A DNA stretch of 11,799 bases from an archaeon (GTDB lineage: Archaea; Iainarchaeota; Iainarchaeia; Iainarchaeales; CSSED10-239), in contig DAOOON010000020.1 in the NCBI GenBank assembly GCA_035387745.1, forward strand, positions 1-11,799. Reading direction: 5' to 3'. This document shows, piece by piece, positions 1-6,904 of this stretch. A program made the position numbers and the translations under genes. Each line of letters begins with the position of its first letter. Position 1 is the stretch's first letter. Under the pieces are notes generated by a model. It did not search any database. It had not been told where the DNA came from and was given only the letters and a program-made list of their open reading frames with translations.

Positions 1-2
1 TT

Positions 3-371
3 TCTGAAAAATTAGGAGTAAAAGATTCAATTGTTATTAAAATTTGGTTAAATGGTCACTTCCCTAAAAATATAGTACCTAAACCAGAAGTAATAGCGGA
101 CCAAATAATAAAAGGCAGGTTTAAACTTCCAAACAGGATAAATAAAATAACTGAAAGAACAATTATTTTTGAAAATATAACACACGATGTTGTTATTGCT
201 GCCCTATTTCAAAGACTTTCTGGAGAAAAATACAATCTAAGATTTAAAGAACTGCCTAAAGAACTAGAGGCATTAAGAATAGATATATCTAAAGAAGGAA
301 AAGCAATAATGCAATTTAGAGATTATAAAAAAGAAATAACAGACAGATTAAATGCAATATTAACTAATTAA
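3..371 (+). CDS. 3' end of a CDS truncated by the window edge; hypothetical protein (C-terminal 122 aa)
   Basis: Hand translation of frame 3 has no stop from nt 3 to TAA at 369-371: SEKLGVKDSIVIKIWLNGHFPKNIVPKPEVIADQIIKGRFKLPNRINKITERTIIFENITHDVVIAALFQRLSGEKYNLRFKELPKELEALRIDISKEGKAIMQFRDYKKEITDRLNAILTN*. It is missing from the ORF track only because it has no useful in-window ATG. No family recognised. Confidence 0.6.
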   Translation, partial: SEKLGVKDSIVIKIWLNGHFPKNIVPKPEVIADQIIKGRFKLPNRINKITERTIIFENITHDVVIAALFQRLSGEKYNLRFKELPKELEALRIDISKEGKAIMQFRDYKKEITDRLNAILTN

Positions 372-457
372 TTTGAATCAAGCAGTCTATTTATTAGGGT
401 ATTTAAACATTTCTTATTATAAATATTAATATAACATATAACACGGAGGTTATAAAA

Positions 458-658
458 ATGGCAGGAAAGAGAGACACAATAAGTTTAATTGCACTCATCT
501 TAATAATTGTAGGCGGTTTAAACTGGTTACTTGTAGGACTTTTTAGTTTTAATCTTGTAACTACAGTATTCGGTGCAATACCTATATTAGTAACAATAGT
601 TTATACACTTGTAGGACTTGCAGCAATTTGGGCTATAATAAAGTTCAAAAGCATATAA
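458..658 (+). CDS. DUF378-family small membrane protein (2 TM, 66 aa)
   Basis: IALILIIVGGLNWLLVGLFSFNLVTTVFG followed by a second helix IVYTLVGLAAIWAII matches the characteristic DUF378 pattern (xGxLNWGLVG..xFNLV). GGAGGT Shine-Dalgarno sits 8 nt upstream of the ATG (acacGGAGGTtataaaaATG). Confidence 0.85.
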   Translation: MAGKRDTISLIALILIIVGGLNWLLVGLFSFNLVTTVFGAIPILVTIVYTLVGLAAIWAIIKFKSI

Positions 659-683
659 ATTATGCTTTTTCTTTTTTTATTTT
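647..683 (+). terminator. Hairpin plus T-tract terminator candidate after the DUF378 gene
   Basis: 9-bp stem aaaagcata (647-655) / tatgctttt (661-669) with a 5-nt loop taaat that contains the TAA stop. It is followed by tttttctttttttatttt. The stem is AU-rich (2 GC pairs), so the oligo-T run may be the functional part, as in archaeal-style termination. Confidence 0.45.
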
Positions 684-737
684 AATCTTAATTTATAAAC
701 TATTTGTTTCTTATTATTTTAAATAAAGTGAGGAACT

Positions 738-1028
738 ATGCGTATTATAAAAAAAACTACCAGAAAAATAAAAAATAAAATAAAAGAAAAATATAAACTT
801 AAACCAAACGAAAAAGCGATATTAAAAAATCTGGAAAAAATAGTTGATCAAAGATTAAAAGAATATATGAGGAAATACTCTTTATATTTATCTAGTAATC
901 CACGAATTAATCCACAGCCACAACTAAATATGGAGGCTGCGACAAAAGAACTTAATGAAGCAATTACAAGATATAATAGATACAGAAAAGAATATGGACT
1001 TGACCCCGTAAATTATAAAAAAAAATAA
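738..1028 (+). CDS. Lys-rich hypothetical protein (96 aa), first gene of the helicase operon
   Basis: ORF with a GAGGA RBS (aaagtGAGGAactATG), ending 16 nt before the helicase ATG. Highly basic, predicted helical, no TM segment and no family recognised. A run of 9 A (1017-1025) encodes the terminal KKK. Confidence 0.6.
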   Translation: MRIIKKTTRKIKNKIKEKYKLKPNEKAILKNLEKIVDQRLKEYMRKYSLYLSSNPRINPQPQLNMEAATKELNEAITRYNRYRKEYGLDPVNYKKK

Positions 1029-1044
1029 ATGGGAAAAATAAAAC

Positions 1045-2394
1045 ATGACAAATACAAATAATAACTTTGAAGGCCTTGTCAAAGATAAGCAAATACTACA
1101 GGCAATACATAATATTGGCATAAAAACGCCAACAGAAATACAAGAAAAGGTTATTCCTGCAATACTTGAAGGCAAAAACATAATTGCTCAATCAGCAACA
1201 GGTACAGGAAAAACTATTGCTTTTCTTGCAGGTGTTTTACCATCAATTACAAAACAAAAAAAAGTTCAATTACTAATTATAGTACCTACAAGAGAACTTG
1301 CTAATCAAGTTTATGAAGAAACCAAAAAAATAGCAAAAGTTAAAGAACTTCAAGCCTGTGCTATATTTGGCGGCGCTTCTGTTGGTAATCAGGCAAGACA
1401 ATTAAAATATGCAGACATTGTTATAGGAACGCCCGGAAGAATAATTGACCAGTTTGAAAGAAGAAATCTAAAAGTTAATAATATTAAATATTTAATATTA
1501 GACGAAGCAGACAGAATGTGTGACATGGGTTTTTCAGAAGATATCTCAAGAATTATTGAGCAACTACCAAAAGAAAGACAAACGCTTCTTTTTTCTGCAA
1601 CTATAACAAACGATGTCTCAAATATCGAAAGAAAATATATCTCTCATGCACAAAGAATTGTTGTGCAGACTTACGTTGACCCAAAAAATCTTTTACAAGA
1701 CTATTATCTAGTCAAACAAAATCAGAAGTTTTCTTTGCTTTTACATCTTGTTAAGCAACACAGTAAAAAAGCTATTGTTTTTTGTAATACTAGAAGCGAG
1801 GTAGACGTTATTTATAATAATCTAAAAGAACAAAGAGTAGAATGCTTTAAATTACATGGCGGCCTAGAACAAAATAAAAGATCAGGAACCATTGAAAAAT
1901 ATCACGCAAATGCAGACGGGTTATTAATATCTACAGATGTTTCTGCAAGAGGTATACACATTGATAATCTAGAATATATCTACAATTACGACTTGCCAAA
2001 AGACAATACACAATATATACATAGAATTGGAAGAACAGCAAGAGCCGGAAAGAAAGGAAGAGCAATATCAATCATTACTCAAAAAGAAGAAGAAGACTTT
2101 CTAAGAATGTGTAAGAAATTTGGTTTTATAGTTGAAGCAAAGGTCTTGCCGTCAATTGTTCCTATAACTCTAAAAAGAACAAAAGAAGAAGAAAGAGCAC
2201 TTGAAAGAATAAACAGATATCAAGAAAGAAGAGAACATTTCAGTAAGGATAGAAAGGATAGAAAAAAAGAAAACCAAAAAAAGATGGTAATTGGAGAACT
2301 AACAGAAGAAGATATTAAAAAGAAAAGAATGGATTTTTTTAAACATAAGAAAAAAATAAGACAAAAAAAATACACCAATAGAGGTAGAAGATAA
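1045..2394 (+). CDS. DEAD-box ATP-dependent RNA helicase with a ~75-aa Lys/Arg-rich C-terminal tail
   Basis: All core motifs are present: Q motif TPTEIQ, motif I AQSATGTGKT (from nt 1186), Ia PTRELA, Ib TPGR, II DEAD (nt 1501-1512), III SAT, V ARGIH (variant of ARGID), VI HRIGRTARAG. IQEKVIPAIL, GTPGRIIDQ...LILDEADRMCDMGF and HRIGRTARAGKKGRAISII resemble the archaeal M. jannaschii-type DEAD protein as I recall it. Confidence 0.95.
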   Translation: MTNTNNNFEGLVKDKQILQAIHNIGIKTPTEIQEKVIPAILEGKNIIAQSATGTGKTIAFLAGVLPSITKQKKVQLLIIVPTRELANQVYEETKKIAKVKELQACAIFGGASVGNQARQLKYADIVIGTPGRIIDQFERRNLKVNNIKYLILDEADRMCDMGFSEDISRIIEQLPKERQTLLFSATITNDVSNIERKYISHAQRIVVQTYVDPKNLLQDYYLVKQNQKFSLLLHLVKQHSKKAIVFCNTRSEVDVIYNNLKEQRVECFKLHGGLEQNKRSGTIEKYHANADGLLISTDVSARGIHIDNLEYIYNYDLPKDNTQYIHRIGRTARAGKKGRAISIITQKEEEDFLRMCKKFGFIVEAKVLPSIVPITLKRTKEEERALERINRYQERREHFSKDRKDRKKENQKKMVIGELTEEDIKKKRMDFFKHKKKIRQKKYTNRGRR

Positions 2395-2951
2395 TGAATA
2401 AAAAAGTAAAATCAAAAAAACTAGAAAATGTAGTATATAATATTATAATGTTTACTTTGATTTTTGCTTTAGTTATTAGTTTTGTTTTTACAATAGATAA
2501 ATTATTTTTAGAAAGACCAAAAGATAATTGTTATTTACAGGATTATAATTACAAACCAGAAGTTATTACAAATATAGATGCTAATTGTTCCTATAATCAA
2601 GAATACATTAATTCTTGTTATAAGTCAGAAGGGAACATTGTTTATAAGAAAGACTGCCAAATGGAATGTAGCTATTGTTATAGAGATTATAACAAGATAT
2701 TAGAAACATATAATAATAGAATAAATATTGGCAGAATGATTTTTACTTTTCTTTTGGCTTTGTTAATGGCCTTTATATTAATTAAAGATAAAATTATAAG
2801 ATACTCTATACTTTCAGCATCGCTTGTATCTTTATTTGTTGCAACAATCTCTGCAACGAAGTTATTGAATAAGATGCTACCAGTAGTAATTATTGCAGAA
2901 TTTTTACTTGTAATATTTATATATAGAAAAACAAGCAAAGAAAAGAAATAG
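2394..2951 (+). CDS. Polytopic membrane protein (about 4 TM) with a 6-Cys extracytoplasmic loop
   Basis: The ATG overlaps the helicase TAA by 1 nt (TAATG, 2392-2396). There is an N-terminal basic stretch plus TM (VVYNIIMFTLIFALVISFVFTI). The ~75-aa loop contains 6 Cys (NCY, NCS, SCY, DCQ, ECS, YCY), followed by three more hydrophobic helices. No family recognised. Confidence 0.7.
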   Translation: MNKKVKSKKLENVVYNIIMFTLIFALVISFVFTIDKLFLERPKDNCYLQDYNYKPEVITNIDANCSYNQEYINSCYKSEGNIVYKKDCQMECSYCYRDYNKILETYNNRINIGRMIFTFLLALLMAFILIKDKIIRYSILSASLVSLFVATISATKLLNKMLPVVIIAEFLLVIFIYRKTSKEKK

Positions 2952-2958
2952 AATAAAA

Positions 2959-3702
2959 TTATTTTGCAATACTTCTTATTTGCTTTCTTTTATATTTTGG
3001 ATTTTTATTTATTACGATGTAATGATCTTTAACATCAGTAATTGATGGATTAGAGGTCTCTATTAAATCATATTTATATTTTGAATTTTTAAAATTACGA
3101 AATATCTTCCGTTTTAAGGCGCCAGTTTTCATTGATTTATTATGTGATATGTTTCTTTTTTTACGTTTTTCAATTATTGAAAGATTATTTACTATTCTTT
3201 TAATTTCTGCCACCTCTTTTATAGGCACAATAAATGGCGTTATTCCGGTTAGTTTTTTATTTATAGTTTGGGTTTTTCGAAATGCTTTCATATATATAAA
3301 TTTAGAATCATATTTGGCTCTTTGATCTGCAAATACTCTAGCCATTAGTGCTGTACCGATGCCATTATTTTGAAATCCAGGCTTAACAAAAAACTCGGTT
3401 AATAAAAACATATAGTCTTTAGGTTTTGCTTTAATTTTATAATCTTTATTGCAAAATTCAGAAACACGATTTAAAGTACCAAAAACTGCACCCACCAGTT
3501 CTTTCCCCCTATAACACAAATAAATTATTGTTTTATCTGCATTTATTTTTATTTTACGTAGATATTCTTCTAAATCTGAAGAGGATCGATAAAATAAATT
3601 GTCAATTTCTGAAATTTGTGTTATAGTATTTTGATCTATTTTATCTAATTCATTCCATGAAAATTTTTTATAATTAATTGTAGGCATTATTGGTGTTTTC
3701 AT
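2959..3702 (-). CDS. GNAT-family N-acetyltransferase-like protein with a basic C-terminal extension
   Basis: FFVKPGFQNNGIGTALMARVF fits the GNAT motif A acetyl-CoA site (Q/R-x-x-G-x-G/A after a beta strand). It is convergent with the 2394-2951 gene (7-nt gap). The C-terminal ~80 aa are Lys-rich and unassigned. Confidence 0.6.
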   Translation of the reverse strand: MKTPIMPTINYKKFSWNELDKIDQNTITQISEIDNLFYRSSSDLEEYLRKIKINADKTIIYLCYRGKELVGAVFGTLNRVSEFCNKDYKIKAKPKDYMFLLTEFFVKPGFQNNGIGTALMARVFADQRAKYDSKFIYMKAFRKTQTINKKLTGITPFIVPIKEVAEIKRIVNNLSIIEKRKKRNISHNKSMKTGALKRKIFRNFKNSKYKYDLIETSNPSITDVKDHYIVINKNPKYKRKQIRSIAK

Positions 3703-3768
3703 ATAATAAATAATACCGCAGAAAGTATTTTAAAACAATAGACTATAATTTTTTATATTGGTGATTAT

Positions 3769-4104
3769 ATGAAAAAAATACTAAAGATGACAAAAAAGAT
3801 TACTAAAATTAAATTAACAGAAGAAGAACTTAAGAGAATGAAGAACAAACTAAAAAGACAACAAACTCAATTTAAGAAAGAACAAGAACAAATGAGAAAA
3901 GAAGTTAATGAAAAATTGATAACATTGATTACTGGGGCATTTAGTCTTGTCGCAGCTCTTGCCTGGAATGAAACCATTAAAACCATATTCCAAAGAGTAT
4001 TTGGAACAGCTCAGACAGTCTGGGCAATGATTATTTATGCGGTTTTAGTTACTATAATTGCAGTTTGGATAACCTATTGGATGACAAAACGAAATAAAAA
4101 TTAG
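3769..4104 (+). CDS. Small membrane protein, DUF5654-like (charged coiled-coil N-terminus plus 2 TM)
   Basis: GGTGAT RBS at 3760-3765, 3 nt before the ATG. LITGAFSLVAALAWNETIKTIFQRVFG followed by VWAMIIYAVLVTIIAVWITYWM resembles the DUF5654 signature (xAALAWNxAIK) from memory. The N-terminal 50 aa are K/E/Q-rich. Confidence 0.7.
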   Translation: MKKILKMTKKITKIKLTEEELKRMKNKLKRQQTQFKKEQEQMRKEVNEKLITLITGAFSLVAALAWNETIKTIFQRVFGTAQTVWAMIIYAVLVTIIAVWITYWMTKRNKN

Positions 4105-4187
4105 GAGAAATCCTAACAAAAGATATATAAATATAATATATCTATATATAAATAGAAAAAAATACAATTTTAAAAAGGAGCAAAAAA

Positions 4188-4412
4188 ATGTTTCCAGGAT
4201 ATTGGAGTGAGGGCGCAGGAGATAAAACCTGTTCAAAATGTTTAAGATTTAGACCAAATGTTACAAACAAAAATAAAGGCACTTGCGTTGGTAGAGATGT
4301 TGTTGCAACAGGTGGCTGTGAGAAATTTGCAAAAAAGAAAACTACAAAAGTAGCTACAATTAAAAAAAAAACAACTAATATAATTAAAACTAAAAAGAAG
4401 GCAAAGAAATGA
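4188..4412 (+). CDS. 4-Cys miniprotein (HiPIP-like C-x2-C-x14-C-x10-C) with a polylysine/threonine tail
   Basis: AGGAG RBS (aaaAGGAGcaaaaaaATG). The motif is C15-S-K-C18-L-R-F ... G-T-C33-V-G-R-D-V-V-A-T-G-G-C44-E-K-F. It mirrors the HiPIP/BssB-like pattern C-x2-C-x-F...G-x-C...V...G-x-C-x-x-F. No signal peptide. The last 27 aa are K/T-rich. Confidence 0.7.
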   Translation: MFPGYWSEGAGDKTCSKCLRFRPNVTNKNKGTCVGRDVVATGGCEKFAKKKTTKVATIKKKTTNIIKTKKKAKK

Positions 4413-4651
4413 CATTAAATCTTGCGATTATTGGTTTAGCAATAATATTTATTGCTTGGTTATTTCAATTCTTTTCTATGAATAAAAGAAGAGAAATATC
4501 TACTGTGTTTATTATTGCATACATTATTGGAACAATCTTATTAGTAATAGACGGTTACAAAGTAGGGCTCATAGCTAACACTATTATAAATAGCATAATT
4601 GCTATTGCGGCAATCTGCGTATTAATAAGATTTTCTAAACCAAAAAAATAA
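4409..4651 (+). CDS. Small 3-TM membrane protein, translationally coupled to the 4-Cys miniprotein
   Basis: ATGA overlap (ATG 4409-4411, TGA 4410-4412). Three hydrophobic helices: LNLAIIGLAIIFIAWLFQFF, TVFIIAYIIGTILLVI, LIANTIINSIIAIAAICVLI. Basic loops and a basic tail (KPKK). Confidence 0.7.
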   Translation: MTLNLAIIGLAIIFIAWLFQFFSMNKRREISTVFIIAYIIGTILLVIDGYKVGLIANTIINSIIAIAAICVLIRFSKPKK

Positions 4652-4662
4652 TTTGAATATAT

Positions 4663-5340
4663 ATGGCTGATAAAAATGGAAATGGTGTAACTGGAGACAT
4701 ACCTATCGCCACAGTCAGATCAGAACTTTTAGCAATTATTAGAAAAAAAAACCAGAAAGCAACAGAAGACGGATTTATCACTAGAGAAGAATTAAAAATT
4801 GCAAGACAAGAATACATTGAAAGCATTCTTAAGAAAGAAAAAGGAGAACTAAATAAAATTGATAAACAGGTTGTTAAAAGCCTTGTAGAACACGAATCCA
4901 TAGTTAAAGACATAATGCAAGAAAAAGAAAATCTAACAGTGGGTCAAAAACTTGCAGACGGTGTTGCAAAGTTTGGGGGTTCTTGGGGGTTTATTATTTC
5001 CTTTGGTGTTTTTCTTATTATTTGGATAGGAATAAATAGTTATTTCTTATTACAAAAACCATATGACCCATATCCATTTATACTATTAAATTTAATATTG
5101 TCTTGTTTAGCTGCATTACAAGCACCAATAATTATGATGAGTCAAAATAGAAAAGACCAAAAGGATAGAATAAGAGCAGAAAACGATTATAAGATAAACT
5201 TAAAATCAGAATTAGAAATTAGACATTTACACGAAAAAATGGATAATCTTGTTCAAAAACAATGGCAAAGATTACTAGAAATACAAAGATTACAATTAGA
5301 TATAATGGAAGAAACACAAAAAGAAAGAAAAAAGAGATAG
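4663..5340 (+). CDS. DUF1003-family membrane protein
   Basis: GSWGFIISFGVFLIIWIGINS...YDPYPFILLNLILSCLAALQAPIIMMSQNRKDQKDRIRAENDYKINLKSELEI is the canonical DUF1003 core: 2 TM, the QAPIIMMSQNR motif and a C-terminal coiled coil. Confidence 0.9.
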   Translation: MADKNGNGVTGDIPIATVRSELLAIIRKKNQKATEDGFITREELKIARQEYIESILKKEKGELNKIDKQVVKSLVEHESIVKDIMQEKENLTVGQKLADGVAKFGGSWGFIISFGVFLIIWIGINSYFLLQKPYDPYPFILLNLILSCLAALQAPIIMMSQNRKDQKDRIRAENDYKINLKSELEIRHLHEKMDNLVQKQWQRLLEIQRLQLDIMEETQKERKKR

Positions 5341-5353
5341 GAGGAATAATAAA

Positions 5354-5596
5354 ATGGTTAAAAAAAAGAGACAAATAAAAAAGGTTAAAACAGAAAAGAA
5401 TATAAAATATGAAATATACTGGGATTATTTTTCATTAGTTATGTTTTTAGTATTTTCAACATTATTTATATCTATGCTTATTATTGAAATATTTTTTGTT
5501 TTAGGTAAGTCTGCATTATGGCTAACTATTCCAGTTACTGCAATACTTTGGGCGCTTAGCTATTTATTAGCAAGAATATTATTTAAAAAGAAATAA
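5354..5596 (+). CDS. Small 2-TM membrane protein with basic N- and C-termini
   Basis: AGGAGG RBS (gatAGGAGGaataataaaATG), 13 nt after the DUF1003 stop. Helices SLVMFLVFSTLFISMLIIEIFFVL and LWLTIPVTAILWALSYLLARILF. T-runs (5620-5640) follow the stop. Confidence 0.65.
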   Translation: MVKKKRQIKKVKTEKNIKYEIYWDYFSLVMFLVFSTLFISMLIIEIFFVLGKSALWLTIPVTAILWALSYLLARILFKKK

Positions 5597-5682
5597 TTGA
5601 AATTAACAAAAAATTCATTTTTTATTTTTTTTATTTTATATTGTAAAATATGACTAAATAAAAAGGAGATTAAAGAACAAAT

Positions 5683-6903
5683 ATGTTTTCAAATAGGCCA
5701 CTCTTTGATTATATAACAAAGAAAGAGTTTACAAAAATAAAAAAATTTGCAAAAGGCAAAAAAACACCATTCTTAATTATAGATCTTCAGAAGATTGAAG
5801 AAAAATACGATGAATTAATTAAGAATATGCCGTTTGCAAAAATATACTATGCTGTTAAAGCAAATCCAGAAGATGACATCATTAAATTGCTTGCAAGAAA
5901 AGGTTCTAACTTTGATGTTGCAACAAATTACGAGCTTGATCAATTATTAAGATTAAAGATATCGCCAAAAAAAATATCTTTTGGTAACACAATTAAAAAA
6001 GAAGAAGATATTGCTTATGCCTACAAGAAAGGCATTAGACTATTTGCAACAGATTCAATTAGTGATATAAAAAAACTTGCACATGCGGCTCCTGGCTCTA
6101 AAGTTTTCTTTAGAATAATTATGGAGGGTGGTTCTGCTGATTGGCCACTATCTAGAAAATTTGGTGCACACCCAGATATGATTTATCATCTTATTTTTGA
6201 AGCAAAGAAATTAGGATTACATCCCTATGGCGTATCCTTCCATGTTGGTTCACAACAAAGAGATATAGGCCAATGGGATCAAGCAATTGCACAATGTAAA
6301 TATTTGTTTGATGCCGTTAAACAAGAAGGGATAGAATTAAAGCTAATAAATATGGGCGGGGGATTTCCAGCAAACTATATAAGCCCAACACATGACTTAG
6401 AAACATATTCTAAAGAAATAACTAGATTTTTAGAAGAAGACTTTGGAGAACATTTCTCTAAGAAATTAGAGATCATAATTGAGCCTGGTCGTTCAATTGC
6501 AGCAGATGCAGGAGTTATAGTTACAGAAGTTGTAATGATTTCTAAAAAGTCTTTATCTAATCAGTTTGACTGGGTATATCTTGATGTTGGTAAATTTGGA
6601 GGACTAATTGAAACACTTGATGAATCAATCAAATATCCTATCTTTACAGAAAACTATAGAAAGCCACCAAAGGAAAAAGACTGCAGAGAAGTAATACTTG
6701 CAGGACCTACCTGTGATTCTACAGACACACTTTATGAAAAGCATAAGTATCTTTTGCCAAAGAGTCTAAAAGAAGGAGATAGATTATACATCCTTTCTAC
6801 AGGCGCATACACTAGAAGTTATAGTTCTATATACTTTAATGGTTTTCCACCTCTTGAAATTTATATTATGAAAAAAGGATCAAAAAAGAAAAAAGAAGAA
6901 TAA
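5683..6903 (+). CDS. PLP-dependent ornithine (ornithine/lysine) decarboxylase, alanine-racemase-fold (fold type III) family
   Basis: PLP-lysine motif YYAVKAN, FDVAT..E, FHVGSQ, GGGFP, EPGRS, GPTCDSTD and C-terminal GAYT....FNGFP. The GPTCD and FNGF motifs are ODC-type rather than the LysA-type CESGD. Confidence 0.85.
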   Translation: MFSNRPLFDYITKKEFTKIKKFAKGKKTPFLIIDLQKIEEKYDELIKNMPFAKIYYAVKANPEDDIIKLLARKGSNFDVATNYELDQLLRLKISPKKISFGNTIKKEEDIAYAYKKGIRLFATDSISDIKKLAHAAPGSKVFFRIIMEGGSADWPLSRKFGAHPDMIYHLIFEAKKLGLHPYGVSFHVGSQQRDIGQWDQAIAQCKYLFDAVKQEGIELKLINMGGGFPANYISPTHDLETYSKEITRFLEEDFGEHFSKKLEIIIEPGRSIAADAGVIVTEVVMISKKSLSNQFDWVYLDVGKFGGLIETLDESIKYPIFTENYRKPPKEKDCREVILAGPTCDSTDTLYEKHKYLLPKSLKEGDRLYILSTGAYTRSYSSIYFNGFPPLEIYIMKKGSKKKKEE

Positions 6904-6904
6904 T

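Noticed and set aside
3-80. Helix-turn-helix (XRE-like) reading of SEKLGVKDSIVIKIWLNGHFP in the truncated first ORF
   Set aside because: Only about 20 residues are visible and the resemblance (xxLGVsxxxIxxxexGxxxP) is loose. Most of the putative domain lies outside the window, so it is not supportable.
924-1181. Antisense ORFs in the track: 924-1181(-), 2687-2938(-), 4045-4236(-), 4635-4913(-), 10107-10376(+), 10690-10872(+)
   Set aside because: Each lies opposite a longer ORF that has recognisable motifs or a coherent TM architecture. Their products are low-complexity F/I/L/C-rich strings typical of the reverse frame of Lys/Glu-rich genes. No RBS is evident. They are shadow ORFs.
2245-2262. 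9-bp tandem duplication aaggataga x2 (KDRKDR) in the helicase tail
   Set aside because: There are only two copies, within a low-complexity K/R/E tail. This is expected by chance or minor slippage and has no structural implication.
4121-4143. 8-bp-stem palindrome agatatat-aaatata-atatatct upstream of the 4-Cys gene, as a possible operator or hairpin
   Set aside because: It consists almost entirely of alternating A/T in an AT-rich spacer. Such palindromes arise by chance and would be thermodynamically weak. It may simply overlap TATA-like promoter sequence.
4410-4412. Possible alternative genetic code (UGA recoded, as in some CPR lineages), because the only TGA stop in the window is the one inside the ATGA overlap
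   Set aside because: All long conserved genes (helicase, ODC, LysRS) translate uninterrupted under the standard code, with no in-frame TGA. Reading through this TGA would add only two codons (TGA CAT TAA). There is no positive evidence for recoding.
5683-6903. Diaminopimelate decarboxylase (LysA) or arginine decarboxylase as the identity of the PLP decarboxylase
   Set aside because: GPTCDSTD and the C-terminal GAYT...FNGFP are ODC/LDC-type signatures, whereas LysA typically has CESGD. The length (406 aa) is too short for biosynthetic SpeA-type ArgDC. Ornithine versus lysine specificity remains unresolved.
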